Positions 33,470-54,340 of a stretch of 64,000 nt of DNA are shown one piece after another. The stretch is from assembly GCF_009914755.1 (NCBI RefSeq), contig NC_060936.1, one strand, 5' to 3'. The notes under the pieces were generated by a model. It had not been told where the DNA came from, did not search any database, and saw only the letters and a list, made by a program, of their open reading frames with translations. How positions within the stretch are numbered: the first letter of the stretch is position 1; every line of letters begins with the position of its first letter. The translations under genes were made by a program, and so were the position numbers. The stretch comes from the human T2T-CHM13v2.0 reference genome, Homo sapiens.

Positions 33470-35612
33470 TAGTTCAAATTCTTGTTCTATTACTTTGCTG
33501 TCTGACCTTGGGCAAGTTTCTTAACCTCTCTGTTTCAGTTTCCTCACATTTAAGGCAAGTAGTAGTTCATATTTCACAGGATTATTCCAAAGATTAAATG
33601 TGTTAATAAATTACAGGGCTTAGAATAGTATCTAACACACAGTAATCACTATAGAAGTCTTGTTGCTCTTTTATTTTAGTGTTCCTTAACTAAGTACTGC
33701 AACATCTTCCTACAAGCAGTTCTCCTTTTTCTGTTTCCATTACTGTCTCTTACCCCTCCGTCATGTACCTGCCCACAAATGCCTTATTGATACATTCTTT
33801 ATATTAATATGTTCAATTAAGTTTTAAGCTAGCCTGAGACCCATTCTGTCTCTTGAAGGAACTTTGCCTACCACTACTCATAGCCATCATATGTTGATTT
33901 ATAGTTTAATCTCATAGGACAATTTTATTTTTAATTTCTTAAGAGGAACCTTGATTCTGCTCATCGTGACTTTTGCTCATCCCCCAAAGACTGCCTTCAG
34001 AATCCTATCATTTCTATGTATAGTCATTACCACAGGCTATATAAATGTCTACCCATTTGGTAAAACAAAAGGTAGATCATAAATTATTAATTGTTATCAA
34101 GATTCGATTATAACATCTTCAGTGAGCATCTGCTACTTATGAAAGAGTTGAACTTATTTCCAAAGATCATGATAGAATAAAACATGTCAGATGGCATTTT
34201 TAGAATTTCCAGACTACTTTTGTAAGAAGTTAGCTCACTATGAATGAAAGCATTTATAGATAACGTTAATGGTTACTGACATGACATTTATTTAGGTCAA
34301 ATGCTGGAGCATAAATCAATGGAGATCCCAAATAAAATTTTCATTGGTAAACAAAGACAAAACAGTATTTCAAAATGCCACATTTATTCTTTTAATGTTA
34401 AAATATCCTTTAAAAAATAGTAGTGATAGTGATGGCCCATGCTTATAAAGAGCTTACTATGCGCCAAACAGTTCTATACACTTAATAACTTTTAGTTTGT
34501 TTAATCCTTACCACAACCCTATGAAGTATCATTGTTTACATTTTGCAAGTTAGGAAACTAAGACAAAAGAGATTAAATAACTTCCCCACAACTGCAAACT
34601 AGTAATTATAACAAATAACATCTAACATTTACATAGCTCTTACTATGTGTGAGACACTATTCTCAGTGCTCACAAGCATCCATGAGGCAGGTACTGTGCT
34701 TACCTCGTTTGAGCACTGAAAGGCTAAGTACCTGGCCTAAGGTTACATACTTCTAATTAGTGGGTAAAGCCAAAAGTCAAGCACTACACTCTTGACTAAG
34801 GGACTATTTTGAGTAAGAGGCAGTCAGGGGATTTTTATTTTTAATGTCTTAAGAAGTTGGTGATTCTGTATTGGTCCCTAAAGATCATTTTCAGTTTTTT
34901 GTAGTAAATGGAATCTTGAAATCTAAGAACTGATGAGCTAAGCAGTGTCCTAGAGTAGCAACTCTGAGTTCACACCTTATCCAGTGTAATATTAGAAACC
35001 TTGTTTTAAAAATGCACTATTTTGATATATTTTTGGTTTGACAGAAGACAGCTGCTGAAACTCTTTCTCTCTCATCACTCCTGTTCAGCCGATGTCTCAC
35101 CCAAGCCCATGTAGTCAACATAAAGAAATGAGAAATTGCCAGCTCTTGGCTCTTATGCCTCTTCAAAGATTAATGAGCATTCAGGCTGCTTAGAAGGCAT
35201 CCAGCTGTGGGTGAGATGGGCTTCCAGCCTGGCAGAGTAAACACTGAGGCCCGCAGTCTTGTCCCAGCTCTGCTGCTGGCGTGCTATGAGATTTCCCAGC
35301 CATCTGGGGTCTTATTGTCTTATTTTAAAATGGAAAGAATCCTGAGTCAACAGCAACATATGAAGTGGTTGCTGTGTTCCAGGGGCTTTTACAGATATTA
35401 GCTCAGTGAATTTTAATCCTCAGAACCACCCTGTGCAGCTGGTGGTATTACTCCCATTTTGCAATGAAAACCTTGATGTTCTGAGAGATTAAATGACTAG
35501 TAAAGATGGGATTGAACCATGGTCCTCCCTTTAACATGATAGATTAGTCCACATCATCTACAAGTCACCTCCAATATTAAGTATATTCAATTCTATAATT
35601 TCATGTTGAATT

Positions 35613-35777
35613 CTTTTTAAGAGATGGGGGTCTTGCTATGTTGCCCAGACTGGAGTGTGGTGACTGTTCACAGACAAGATCATAGCATACTACAGCCTCT
35701 AACTCCTGGGCTCAAGAGATCCTCCTGCCCCAGCCTTCTGAGTAGCTGGGAATATAGGTATGCAACACTGGCCCAGC
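35613..35777 (-). mobile_element. FAM (fossil Alu monomer)
   Basis: Monomer retaining the 7SL-derived ctgttcacagacaagatc segment; TSD tgaattctt. Confidence 0.75.
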
Positions 35778-37323
35778 ATCATTCTGAATTCTTAAATGGG
35801 GTCATTTTTAGAAATTCTTATCTATGCTTTGGGTCTAGACTTTTTTTCCTAATCTGCTACAACCCAGTTATAACCTCATCTTGACTTTTAAATGTTTTTA
35901 GATTTTAATATCCTCTTTATAGTAATTTAATTACAATTTTGCCATAATCTCTGTTAACTATGATTTAACTTTTGCACATCTAATGTGCCCAATTCTTGAT
36001 TATCTTTTAATGTTTTTAATTTTTTTAATCGTGTGATTTTTCAGGGTTATGTTTACTACTTAGTGAATTTTAGGCACAGGGTGCACAGTGCATGTATACA
36101 CTTGAAGGGTTCTCTGATGCTTTTGCTTACACAAACTAAATTAATAGCCCCCCTTCTGCTATACTCATAATTATGAAAAAAAGAGTGAAGTGCTGCAATA
36201 AAAGCATACCTGATGCATGAAATTATAATAGAAGCAAATAAAAAAGAAAACTTTTTCTCCCCTAAATTAATATATAATATTTCTACAATAGAAATTCATC
36301 TCTTGGTGATACATTTAGGAGATTTTATATACTTAGGAAACTAAAATTGCCTTTAGCTACAGGTAAGCTGCCTAAATAGTAGTAGAAATGGAGAGAAGTG
36401 GGGTGAAAAACAAATATTTATGACCAAAAGGAATAAAAACTTAGCTGTCTTTGAAAAGATAAATTTGATTCACATAGGATAGTATTATATTATTTTCTCT
36501 TCAGAACACAATTTGTCATAGAATGGATCATAGTCTGAATGAACACTGAATAATTTTTTTAGGTTAATCGCCCTTACCTAAAAAGAACTTTGGGATACAT
36601 AAAAATTAGAACATCAAGTAAACAACTTCTTACAATACTGAAGCCTACTTAATAAGAGAAATGCCGTTGCTTGAATCAGCCATCGGCTGATGACTCATCT
36701 CTTAAAGTAGGCCTCAACTACCGAGCAAAGAGATCCTTGCTTGGAGGGTTATGTATAATATAAGAGAAAGGAGGTTGCCATCTTGTAGCCTTTAAGTGAT
36801 AACTTTTCGTGTTACTGGTACACTCCAGTAGGATTCTCTGGGGCCAGCTAAATCCACCTGGCATGAATTTCAAAATGCCCCATCATAAGGTAGTCTATTC
36901 ACAGTTGGAGGTCTAGCCCTTACTCCCATTTCCTCTCTCTATTGATGTGTAGCTGTTGTAGGACACTCAGATCTCTATTATAGTCCACTGTGGTCTGTTC
37001 ATTACCCAAGGAAATGGTTTCTCCACAGTTCTTGTTCTCAGTTTCTTACTAAGTTGTCAGTCACATTGCTTAAAACTTTGACCACCAAAATATCATTGCT
37101 CCCTAGCTTTGGAAAATGTATTTATAATTCTTCAAAAATTAAAATATTAAATAAATTGAGAGATCCATTAATTCATTTCTACCAAATAATTGTTGAGCAC
37201 CTCCTAATGTTTAATTTCTCCTTTCCTCCTTCCTAGTCTACGGAAATGGGCATTAGTGTCTCCTTGCAAACTCAGACAAACTAATAGCTGAAGGGGGTAG
37301 TGGATTTATTTGTAAAGTTATTA

Positions 37324-37525
<202 letters not shown>

Positions 37526-37721
37526 CAGAGGGCCGTTCCATAGTTTTCATTGTAGCAGAATAAATAAATATCTAATTTGTCAGCAAAATATGTGAAAGCA
37601 AGATCTTATGATAACCTCACCTGGGAAGTAAGAAATATATGTATTTTGGTATGTTAATGTATGGGTGACAGAACAAGCTGCAGAGGAGACTAATAATTTA
37701 TTTTTAAAATATCAAAATATA

Positions 37722-37985
37722 GGCTGGGCATGGTAGCTCCCGCCTGTAATCCCAGCACTTTGGGAGGCCAAAGCAGGCAGATCGTTTTGAGCTCAGGAGT
37801 TTGAGACCAGCCTAGGCAGCATGGCGAAACTGTATCTCTACAAAAAACACAAAAATTAGCACCTGTCGTCCCAGGTACTTGCGGGGCTGAGGTGGAAGGA
37901 TAGCTTGAGCCTGGGAGGTCAAGGCTGCAAGTGAGCTGTGATCACGTGACTGCATTCCTGCCTGGGCGACAGTGAGACCCTGTGT

Positions 37986-38016
<31 letters not shown>

Positions 38017-38303
38017 GAAGGGCCAGGCATAGTGGCTCACACCTGGAATCCCAGCAGTTTGGGAGGCTGAAGTAGGAGGATTGCTTCAGCCCAGGAATTC
38101 AAGACCAGCCTAGGAAATATGGTGAAACCCTGTCTCTACAAAAAACAGAAAAACTTTGTGCGTGGCAGCACAAACCTGTAGTCCCAGCTACTAGGGAGGA
38201 TCACCTGAGCCTGCGAGGTCAAGGCTGCAGTGAGCCTAGATCACACCACTGCACTCCAGCCGGTGACAGAGCAAGACCCTGTCTCAAAAAAAAAAAAAAA
38301 AAA
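37722..38303 (+). mobile_element. Two tandem AluJ (37722-38020, 38021-38303) with (GAA)8 between them
   Basis: Pair flanked by aaaatatcaaaatata / aaagtattaaaatata. Confidence 0.9.
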
Positions 38304-38559
38304 GTATTAAAATATAAAAGTTGGGCTATTTCTGTGTTTATAACACCTTTCCTTAATGAGAGGTGAATTTATAGGCTGTGTCTTCAAAATGTATAATAAT
38401 TGAACCCAATATTAAATATAATACCAGACTCATTTCTCCTCTATTTGAGCATTTATCTCTATGAACTTTAATCTATAGCCATTTAAACTGCTAATATTTA
38501 AATATACCCAAATTATTTCCTGTAAAATTATGGGAAATTATTGTTTTTTAATATTTTAA

Positions 38560-39140
38560 TTTTTTAACTTGTTCTTTTTGAAATAATTTTAGACTTAACA
38601 AAAATATTGCAAAAATGGTACCAAAAAAATCCATTACACCTTTCATCCAGATTCCTCAAATGCTAACATCTTACATAATTACCGTATAATTATTTTTTTC
38701 AGGAAAATAACATTGATACAAAACTGTTATCTAATTTACAGATACACACATTCCCACTACTGTCCATTTTCTGGCCCAGTTTCCAATCCAGAATCACACG
38801 GTGTGCTTGGTTTCATATCTCTTTGGCTTCAGCCAGTCTGTGACAGTTTCTCAGTCTTTGTTGACCTTGTGACTTATGAAGAGTACTGCCCATGTATTTT
38901 GTAGAACGTCCTTTAGTTTGGGTTTGTCTGATGTTTCCTTACAGTTCAGTTCAGGTTATGTATTTTGGTTCCGAATACCTCAGAAACAACATCGTGTCAT
39001 CCTCAGTGTGTCATATTTGTTCCCGTTACTGATTATGTTAACTTTGATCACTTGGCTAAGGTGCAGTCTGCCTAGTTTGTTCACTGTAAAGTTACTGTTT
39101 TTTTCCATTGTGATATTTACTAGGAGATTCTCTGGGACCA
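38560..39140 (-). mobile_element. L1MC-like 3' end
   Basis: ttgaaataattttagactt... and tttgatcacttggctaaggtg motifs. Confidence 0.6.
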
Positions 39141-39644
39141 TGTAGATAACCTGTTTTTCAATATGATTACAAGGTCCCACAGTATCTCCCTTTCACCCAC
39201 AAATGTTAGCATCCATATAAATACCCAAAGACAAATAAAGAGATAAATGCCATTCATTGAATCAGTCATCAGCTGATTATTCATCTCTTAAATTAGGCCT
39301 CATCTTCAGAGCAAGGAGTAAAATGTTTAGTAGTCTTAAACGTTTTGATTTTAAGAAACAAAAGTAAAAGGAGCACATCATTTGAATATGATGAATTATT
39401 TTGGAACAAAGAATTAAATTGTTTGTTATATGCAAATAAATACATAAAAAACAACCAAGAAAACCTCATAAAAATCCCCAGAATCACTGGATAAAAATTT
39501 AAAAATAAAGAAAGTGCAATCCCAATAAGACTTTAATGTTGACCATTCATTAGGAAAAAAGCCTACTGCAATAGTCCTGTCGATAAAAAAAAGAAGAAAT
39601 TGAGAAAATAAAAAAGCCAACTATTAGAAGAATTTAGGGCCTAA

Positions 39645-40080
<436 letters not shown>

Positions 40081-41234
40081 TAGAGTTAGGGGTGTGGGGC
40101 CTATCAACAAATGTTTTCTAAAGGAGGTGATAGCTGAGCAGTCTTTAAAATGAGTAGAAGTTAGCAAGGCAGAAAAAAGATTATATTCCCAGCAGAAGTG
40201 ACATCAGAGGTTCATAAGTGATAAACTTGGGTTTATGCATGGAATTGCAAACCAATCAATATTCCTAGAGCATGAAGAAAAGGTAAGGTAGCTGAGATGG
40301 GGAGGATTGAGCAAGGGCCAGATCATGGTGGGCCTTGTATGTACCACATTAAGGCTCTTGGACTTTATTCTAGGGTAGTGAAAAGCAATTGAGGATGATT
40401 AAGCAGGATAGTGGTATTGTCATGTGTTTATGTGTGTAGATTTCTTTAGCAGCCATGGGGGAAAGTGATTTGAAGGAGACAGCTGGGTGCAGGCAGACCA
40501 AGTAGGAGATTGGAAGTATCCCACAGAGATAAAACTAATGGATGAAATAGGGAAGTGGTAGTGGGTCAGAGCCAGGGACAAATTTGAGAAATATTTAGGA
40601 GCAAAATGGTCGGAATTTAGGGATTAATTAGATGGGAAGATGAGAGAGGGAAACAAATCTGAGAAGTCCCTAGTTTCTAGTTTGCATGAGTAGGTAGCTA
40701 ATGTGACACAAAAATAGAAAATACAGAAATAGCAAATCTGTCCACTCTTCTCTAGCCCACCACCCAACATCTACCTATCTCCTCTTTCTCAGCAGACAAC
40801 CCTGCCTCCTCTTTCATCAGGAAAATTGAGGACATCATAATTATCTCTCTTAACTAGCTGCTGTAACATGTACCTACTCTCTGTCTGGTCCCTCACCCAT
40901 CCTTATCTCTTTCCAAGCTCTCAAACATTGAGTGATCTTTCCTGGCTCAAGGTTAAAGCCCACCACCTGTGCATCCCACCTGCTTCTAGGACCTTGTTCC
41001 ATGCATTACTTCCTTGCTTTCCTTTATTCTCCACTTCATTCATTATTGCTTTATCACCTTCTCTTCAAAACTTTCAGAATCCTTGTCTATACTCACTGTA
41101 ATCACTTCCTTACTTCTCAACCCATTGCAGTTTGACTAACAAACTTTCCAACACACATATGTACATACATACATACAACCCAGGTATCTGAATCAAATGA
41201 AATTTTTTGGGCCCTTAAAGTTTCTTCTTTTAGA

Positions 41235-41760
41235 TCTGTGGTTCCTTGACGGAGGCACTGTGGGACATCACCAAATATTTTAAATATTTATGGGAAACAC
41301 TGATACTTGATATCTTTCAGGCCCTATGCAAACTGCAAGTTCAAAGCAGTACAGTTTCAACATTAGATTACCCTGCATTTATTTGAACAATATCAGGACT
41401 TTGTGAAGCTGGGTTTTCCATGGTTGCCGTGATAAAATGCACGCACTGCACAAAAATGAGTGTGGAACAGGAAATGACACTGACAGTGTCCACTGATTCC
41501 AAGGTTTGAGAAGTTCTATAGTGCTCAACAGGTGCACACATGCTATTAAATATTTGTGATTAGTTAAGAATGAAATAGGAATATGAGTTTTTCTTTCAGT
41601 GTCTGTGTATTTTTTTAAGTCACTTTTAAGCTGTTAGGACATAGATACTTATTAGGTTGTTTAGACCTAATGACTTTAAAAATTGAACTGTTAAGCATTT
41701 CTTTTAGCTTGGGAGACACTGAAAAATTTACAGGAACACTAAAGGTGCTAAGAATCTCTG
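41235..41760. mobile_element. hAT-Charlie-type DNA transposon remnant
   Basis: gtgtggaacaggaaatga...tgattccaaggtttgagaagtt...gctcaacagg is a Charlie-like terminal coding remnant. Confidence 0.5.
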
Positions 41761-41990
41761 ACCTACACCTTGGCTTCGCAGTATTGACCCCATGGCTTTC
41801 ACCATTACCAAAACACAGGGAGTTGTGGACATCCAAGACCAAGACAGTATAAATGTGCCCTTGAATGAATCATACTTCATTTTGTTAATTTGTGTGGATC
41901 ACTAAAATTAGAAAGATATTCCTTTCACATGAAAGTTACATTTGAGAATAGCTTCATATATTTTATTTTAATACATTGACTAAAACCTAC

Positions 41991-41995
41991 TTTGT

Positions 41996-42027
<32 letters not shown>

Positions 42028-42296
42028 TTTTGAGACAACGTTTCATTGTTACCCAGGCTGAAGTGCAGTGGCGTGATCTCAGCTCACTGCAGCCTTGACT
42101 TCCTGGGCTCAAGTGATCCTCCTGCCTCAGCCTGCTGAGTAGCTGCACCACCATGCCCAGCTAATTTTTGTATTTTTTGTAGAGATGGGTTTTCACCATA
42201 TTGTGTAGGCTGGTCTCGAACTCCTGGACTCAAGCGATCCGCCTACCTCAGTCAACTAAAGTGCTGGGATTACAGGCATGAGCCACCACACCCAGC
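41991..42296 (-). mobile_element. AluJ
   Basis: Dimer with a small internal deletion. Confidence 0.9.
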
Positions 42297-43345
42297 TGTA
42301 TGGCACTCTGAAATTGTTTGGGCACATGATATATATGGACTTAATGTCAAATAACCAAATTTGAGTCTGATCTGTACCATTTCCTATCTAGTGTCAGCTA
42401 GCTTTATGCAAGTCATAGAACCTCTCTCAAGATTTCCTTTTTTTTCCTTCATAAAATTGGCCTAACATGGGGAAGGAGGACTGGAAGACTTTCTCATGCT
42501 CTTAAGAATTATACCTGCTTATATTTCTAAAAGAGAAATACAAAGTATTCGTATGCTACCAATAATAAATATTTTAAACATACCATAATTATCATCATCA
42601 TTGCTAGTTTTTCTAGCCCCTCAGATTCTGCATATTGTCTTAAATTACTAGGTTATCACTGAATCATTAGTCATTGCCAGTGCTAGATACTGTCCAAGGC
42701 AAACATAGTCCTCAAAACATAGTCCTGGTCCCTGTATGTTATATAATTTTAGAATAATGTCATATAAATCATATGGTACATGCACACATAGTAAAATATA
42801 TTTTTACGTTTTGTGCTTTAACTAATATCTGTTTAGTATTTGTTAACCATGGAGTTATGGAAAAACTTAAGCTCTGAAGTGAGACAGAACTTTGTTGAGA
42901 ACTCGTCATTGCCATTACAAGCTGACAGCTAAAGTGCAATTTCACAAATGCCAATGAGAGAATAATGAACTCCTCAGAGTTGTTGGGGGGGTTAATGATG
43001 ACCCATGCAAAGTGCTTATGTATCATGTATATAAAAGGCGTTGAACAAATGTTTTTATCCCCAGCAGTAAGAAGCAATGAAAGTAGGCTTTGGGTATATT
43101 TGTGCTGAAAATTAGATTCTATCAGGATATAAAGAAATGGTTTAAGCAAGTTGTAAAGAATCTAGGATAAGAGTGACTAATTTTAAGATGAATTAAATGG
43201 TACTTGTTCTATTTAATACATACTAGTGAAAATATTTCAATGGTACTGGTTGTTCTAGGCAGCACTTAATATGAAAAAAATGAGTTATGATACATGTCTA
43301 TTCCTTTAATGAAAACTTTTTAAAAATACAGTTAAAAAGAGAGTA

Positions 43346-43641
43346 GGCTGAGCACAGTGGCTCATACCTGTAATCCCAGCACGTTGGAAGGCCAAGGCAG
43401 GTGAATCACTTGAGGTCAGGAGTTCAAGACCAGCCTGGCCAACATGGCAAAAACCCTGTCTCTACTAAAAATACAAAAATTAGTTGGGCATGGTGGCACG
43501 CACCTGCAGTCCCAGCTACTCAGGAGCTGAGGCACAAGAATTGCTTGAACCCAGGAGGCAGAGGCTGCTGTGAGCTGAGATCATGCCACAGCACTCCAGC
43601 CTGAGCAACAGACTGAGACTCTGTCTCAAAAAAAAAAAAAA
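43346..43641 (+). mobile_element. AluS
   Basis: Full dimer. Confidence 0.93.
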
Positions 43642-44243
43642 TGGTAATACAACACATTCCCATTTACTCACCATTCAAAACTAACAAATTTCAGCTCTCT
43701 GTCATATTTGCTTCAGATATTTAATTTTCCTGTTAAAAAAATTAAATACTTTCAATAAGGGTAAAGCTCCCTTTGTACTGTTTTCTAGTCCCTTTCATCT
43801 TCCTTCCTCCTCAGATACAATTGCTATCATAAATTTGATGTGGATCCTCCCATTCAAATTTTTATATTTATACTGATCCTAAATATATATGTGTAAATAA
43901 TTTTTATGACTGTACTTTCAAGTTTATGTATATTTTGTGAGTGTCCTAATCCTTGCTTTTTTAACATTATATTTTTGAGATATAACATTCATGGAATGTT
44001 TATAATGCCATTCTTCGTTTCTTAATTTGTCAGCACTTTCTCATCCATTGAGTCAGATGAAGAGTGTAATAGCAGCTCACACCATAAAAGGGTTGAGAAC
44101 TACTGACTTTAAATGCCTTTCTGGTTTGAACTAAACCATTATTTTACAGAGTTCCATGCTATTCAATTATATTTCTTTGCTTAAGAGTTTAAATTCTAGC
44201 CAGCATTTATTTTCAGTGTGGTTAAAACAACAACAGAAAAAAA

Positions 44244-44592
<349 letters not shown>

Positions 44593-44719
44593 CTACAGCC
44601 AAAGCTTACCATTAATCTACAGCTATGCCCCATCATTCAAACTTGTTCAAAAGATTGTATTATAGAAATTTTACTTCTAGATAGAATGTGGATTAAATCT
44701 CATTGTAGATTTTGTATAA

Positions 44720-45112
<393 letters not shown>

Positions 45113-45592
45113 TAAGTACAAAATATGATTAAACATTTTTAGGCCCTAACACCTGAATTTCTGAACCAGGAAGACTTATTCAAAATTGTAATAAATTTAG
45201 TTCTTCTGGGATTATTGAGGCCAGGTACAGTCTTTCTCAGAGATAAAAACAGGGTGTGGTCGCATCCTTCAATAACAATTATGATGTTTTTAAGAGTATT
45301 TTATTCTTTAATGAGGAGATGAGTTACTTTTTTTCTTTTAAAACCCCAAGGCATAGAATGGATTTTTCAAGCTTATTAGGAGTGCCATAAAAATATATTT
45401 AGCAGAGAAATGGCAGATAGATTTTTTTAAAAACAATGATAGTATCTATATATAGTAAAAAAAGGCAATATTATTATATCAGGAATATACCGTACCATTG
45501 TGTTTGAGACTGGCTGAATTTATACAAATCTCTTCTATAAAAGGAGGGATTAATTAAATGATAGCTAAGGTTTCTCAAGATACAGTCTTTTA

Positions 45593-45886
45593 GGCCAGGC
45601 GCAGTGGCTTACTGCCTGTAATCCCAGCACTTTGGGAGGCCAACTAGGCAGATTGCTCGAGTCCAGGAGTTCAAGAGCATCCTGGGCAACATGGCAAAAC
45701 CCTATCTCTAAAAAAAAAAAAAATCAAAAATTATCCGGGCATGGTGACATGGACTCCTGTATGGCGCCTCTAGTCCTAGCTACTCATGAGGTTGAGGTGG
45801 GAGGATCACTTAAGCCCAGGAGATTGAGCTGAGATTGTACCACTGCACTCTAGCCTGGGCAACAGAGTGAGATGAGACTGTCTCAC

Positions 45887-45917
<31 letters not shown>
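45593..45917 (+). mobile_element. AluJ with A30 tail
   Basis: TSD aagatacagtcttt / aagatatagtcttt. Confidence 0.9.
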
Positions 45918-45919
<2 letters not shown>

Positions 45920-46494
45920 TATAGTCTTTCTCCAGCTATAAAATGGAAAACATATATTTTTATCTTTCTGTTAATAGGATGTTTTTAATTAAGAGCAAGT
46001 TGACTTTAAGATAAGTTGCCACTAGTATATAAACCTCCTGAGAGCAGGGATTTTTGTCTCTTTTGTTCACTGTTCTATCCACAGAGCCTAAAACAGCACC
46101 TGCAGAGTAGGTATTCTGTATTTGTTGAGTGGATAAATTATGAAAAATCTCACTGACATGATTTTTGAATCATACATTCATTATTCATCATTCTGTCCCT
46201 GGTTGCGGGATGTGGCCTTAGACTGCTGCCTAGTTAGCGACACAGATGTCACTGGCACATCTGTGCCAGTAATGAGATGTATTCCCAAGCCTACTCCTAT
46301 AACACCCTAACTCAGTAGGTTTGGGGTAAGGCCAGACAAAAAGGTTCTTGTTAAGTAAAGCCAGGTTTAAGACCCTCTTAAAAATCTATTTTTTGAGCAG
46401 AGCCTGCATTTGTAAAATGTTTTCATATAGTATAAGATGGAACCTCTTGGTAATCATGATGTTGTTGCACTAGGCCAGTATATTTCTTATATAG

Positions 46495-47022
<528 letters not shown>

Positions 47023-47239
47023 TTATATACAAACTGTTAGGTAAAATTTTGTTCTCGTGTGAAAGTTACATTTCAGGTACACAGTTTAATCCCTGGTATT
47101 TCCAAATGCTCATAAAAATAGGTAACTTTTCCTGTATGGCATACCATGGTTTTATCTGTCAGTTTGTTTTAATCTACTTGAAAAGCCCTTGGGATTAATT
47201 TTTCAGAGCCCTTTGCAATAGCAAAATATATAATCTTTC

Positions 47240-47545
47240 CTTTTTTTTAATTGACAAATAGTAATGGTATATGATAATGGGGTACAAATGATGTTTTGAA
47301 ATATATTTACAACGTAGAATGCTTAAATCAGACTAACAAATCCGTAACCTTATATACTTAACAATTTTTGTGGTAAAAACATAACATCTGCTGTTTTAGC
47401 AATTTTGAAATATACAGTGCATTATTATTTATTATAGTCACCCTATTCTGTGTGATAGATCACTAAAGCTTATTCCTCCTGTCCAACTGAAACTTCATAC
47501 CCTTCGATCAACATCTTCCTTTTCCCCATCCATCTCCCTCCCCTG
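47240..47545 (-). mobile_element. L1MA/MB 3' end
   Basis: ttttaattgacaaata...cttattcctcctgtccaactgaaact. Confidence 0.65.
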
Positions 47546-47916
47546 GAGTATTCTGTAATCTTTTCATCACCTGGTTAAAATGTTGCTTAAATCGTGATCA
47601 TTATGAATAGAGAAGAGTCTTTATACTTTGAAGGTTTTGAATGTAACATGCCTAACAGCTGCAGATGAGTAATGCAAGTTAAAGAATGTCAAAAACAAAT
47701 AACTTTAGGCACAACATCTCTGTAACACTTTTGTAAGAGATGTCAGTGTGAAATTCAATTTTTTTAAGTCAGTAGATTCAGGGAGTTTTCCAAAGTATTC
47801 ATGGAAAATTACAATTTGAGATTTAGAAATCACATTTTAAACCTCTTCTGTATACTTCTTGCTACCTAAGAGATTGGGTTATGGGGAATTTTTGCCAATT
47901 CTATATCATATGTTAA

Positions 47917-48111
<195 letters not shown>

Positions 48112-48869
48112 TAAGTTCTATGCTTATTTAATTCATTCATTTTGTTCTCCAGTCTGAGAGTTGCTTTATGTAGAAACACAGGTTTCCAAAGAGGCATTGT
48201 TAACTCTATTTGTACCAATCTTTCCCCAGAAGATACATTAGTAATTAAAACTGTGAAAAGACTGGGTTGTACACATTTAGAATAGAGAGAACCGCCTATG
48301 ACTGTAGTCCATCTTGAAGAGGAACACTGGTAACTGTCATTTGCAAATTTCAGTTGTTAGGGTTTCCTCAATAATATTTGTTAGTCACACAGGAGATTAT
48401 AGATGCTAATGAGATACTTAGGTTCATCACTGAGATGTTGTGCAGTGGACCAATTCAGTGTTCCAAGACCGGTGTGCAGGTCTCACAAATTCAGGAATTC
48501 AGGAACCTGACACCATCTTCAGGACATGGACCTTGTATTCTTCTGTGAATCCCCAGATCTAACATAGGACCTTGCACAAAGTAGACCTAGGATAAATGGT
48601 GAGTGGATGAATGGTTGGATAGGGAGACTCAATAGGGTTAAATGTCTTCTTTTATGTAGTAACCAGGAAACAGGTGTTCATGTTGTGAAGGAAGTAAATT
48701 TGCAATCATTTATTTTGTTTTTAAATAGACAAATCAAGTTTTCAAATAAACAAAGCATAATGCAGAGTCATCAGGGAAGTAATGCCTTAAAAATGTCCAG
48801 TTAGGTCTGGAATTTTACTTTTTAAATTATAGCAGGTACTCTTTATTGCTAATGTAACCATATCATATT

Positions 48870-51090
<2,221 letters not shown>

Positions 51091-51372
51091 AGGGAAGAGA
51101 GGACCTAGCACTCCCAAAGTATCGGTTGAATTATTATTATCCATTCAGAAGTGTTACGGTGACTCCTAGATTTTATAAATGTACAACTGTAAAATGTTCC
51201 AATTCTTCAACATTTTTAAGAAATCTGTTTGGGCCAGGATTTTGGATATCTCTTATGCCTATCATCTCTATAAAGTTTCACCATTTCCTGAAACTGATTT
51301 TATTAAAAGATAAGGTATTTTTGTTCACAAACTATATACTTAGTAAAGTGAAAACTACAGTTGTTTTTCTGA

Positions 51373-51798
<426 letters not shown>

Positions 51799-51913
51799 TT
51801 ATCTTTTTGAGCTAACATGTGATTTTTAAAATCATTTTGACTACTGGGTGTATAAATGTGTTTGTGTGTGTATGTATTTATAGATGTTCTTTAAGGTACC
51901 CTTGAAAACTCTA

Positions 51914-53784
<1,871 letters not shown>

Positions 53785-54340
53785 TAGTTCTTTAGTATCT
53801 TCAGAAAGAATTAGAGTCCCGCTTGCTGTAAGTTGTCTGGCATATGACTTGGCATCTTCAGTGTGTCACAGGCCCTCAAATGGCTCTTTTAGCCCCACCT
53901 AGATGTCTTTTGGGCACTTAAACCACATAACTACAACTGTATTCGTTATTGTCTTTTTCCACAATATACACACACAAACCTATTTCCTCTCAAACATTTT
54001 TAATTTCAGTAAATGGTTTCATTAGCTGTTTCCCAAGCTACAATCTGTAACATCATATTTATTCCTCCCTATTCCGCCAATTAATCACCAAATTATGTGC
54101 CTTTTACCCCCAAGTCTTCCTAGAATAAGGCCTCTCCCTCCATCCCCACCACCTCTCCCTCATTTGCAGATTTTGTCTTGTCTCAGAGGGACAACCACAA
54201 TAGTGTGTCTTCCCTGCCTCTCCAACTCTCAGCACTGCCTTAGTTTCATGGGTGCAAGTTAATCATTTCCAATTTCAACAAACTTTAAATCTGAAATGTC
54301 AAGTTCATTGAAGGAAAAATGCCATGAAGGAATAATAATA

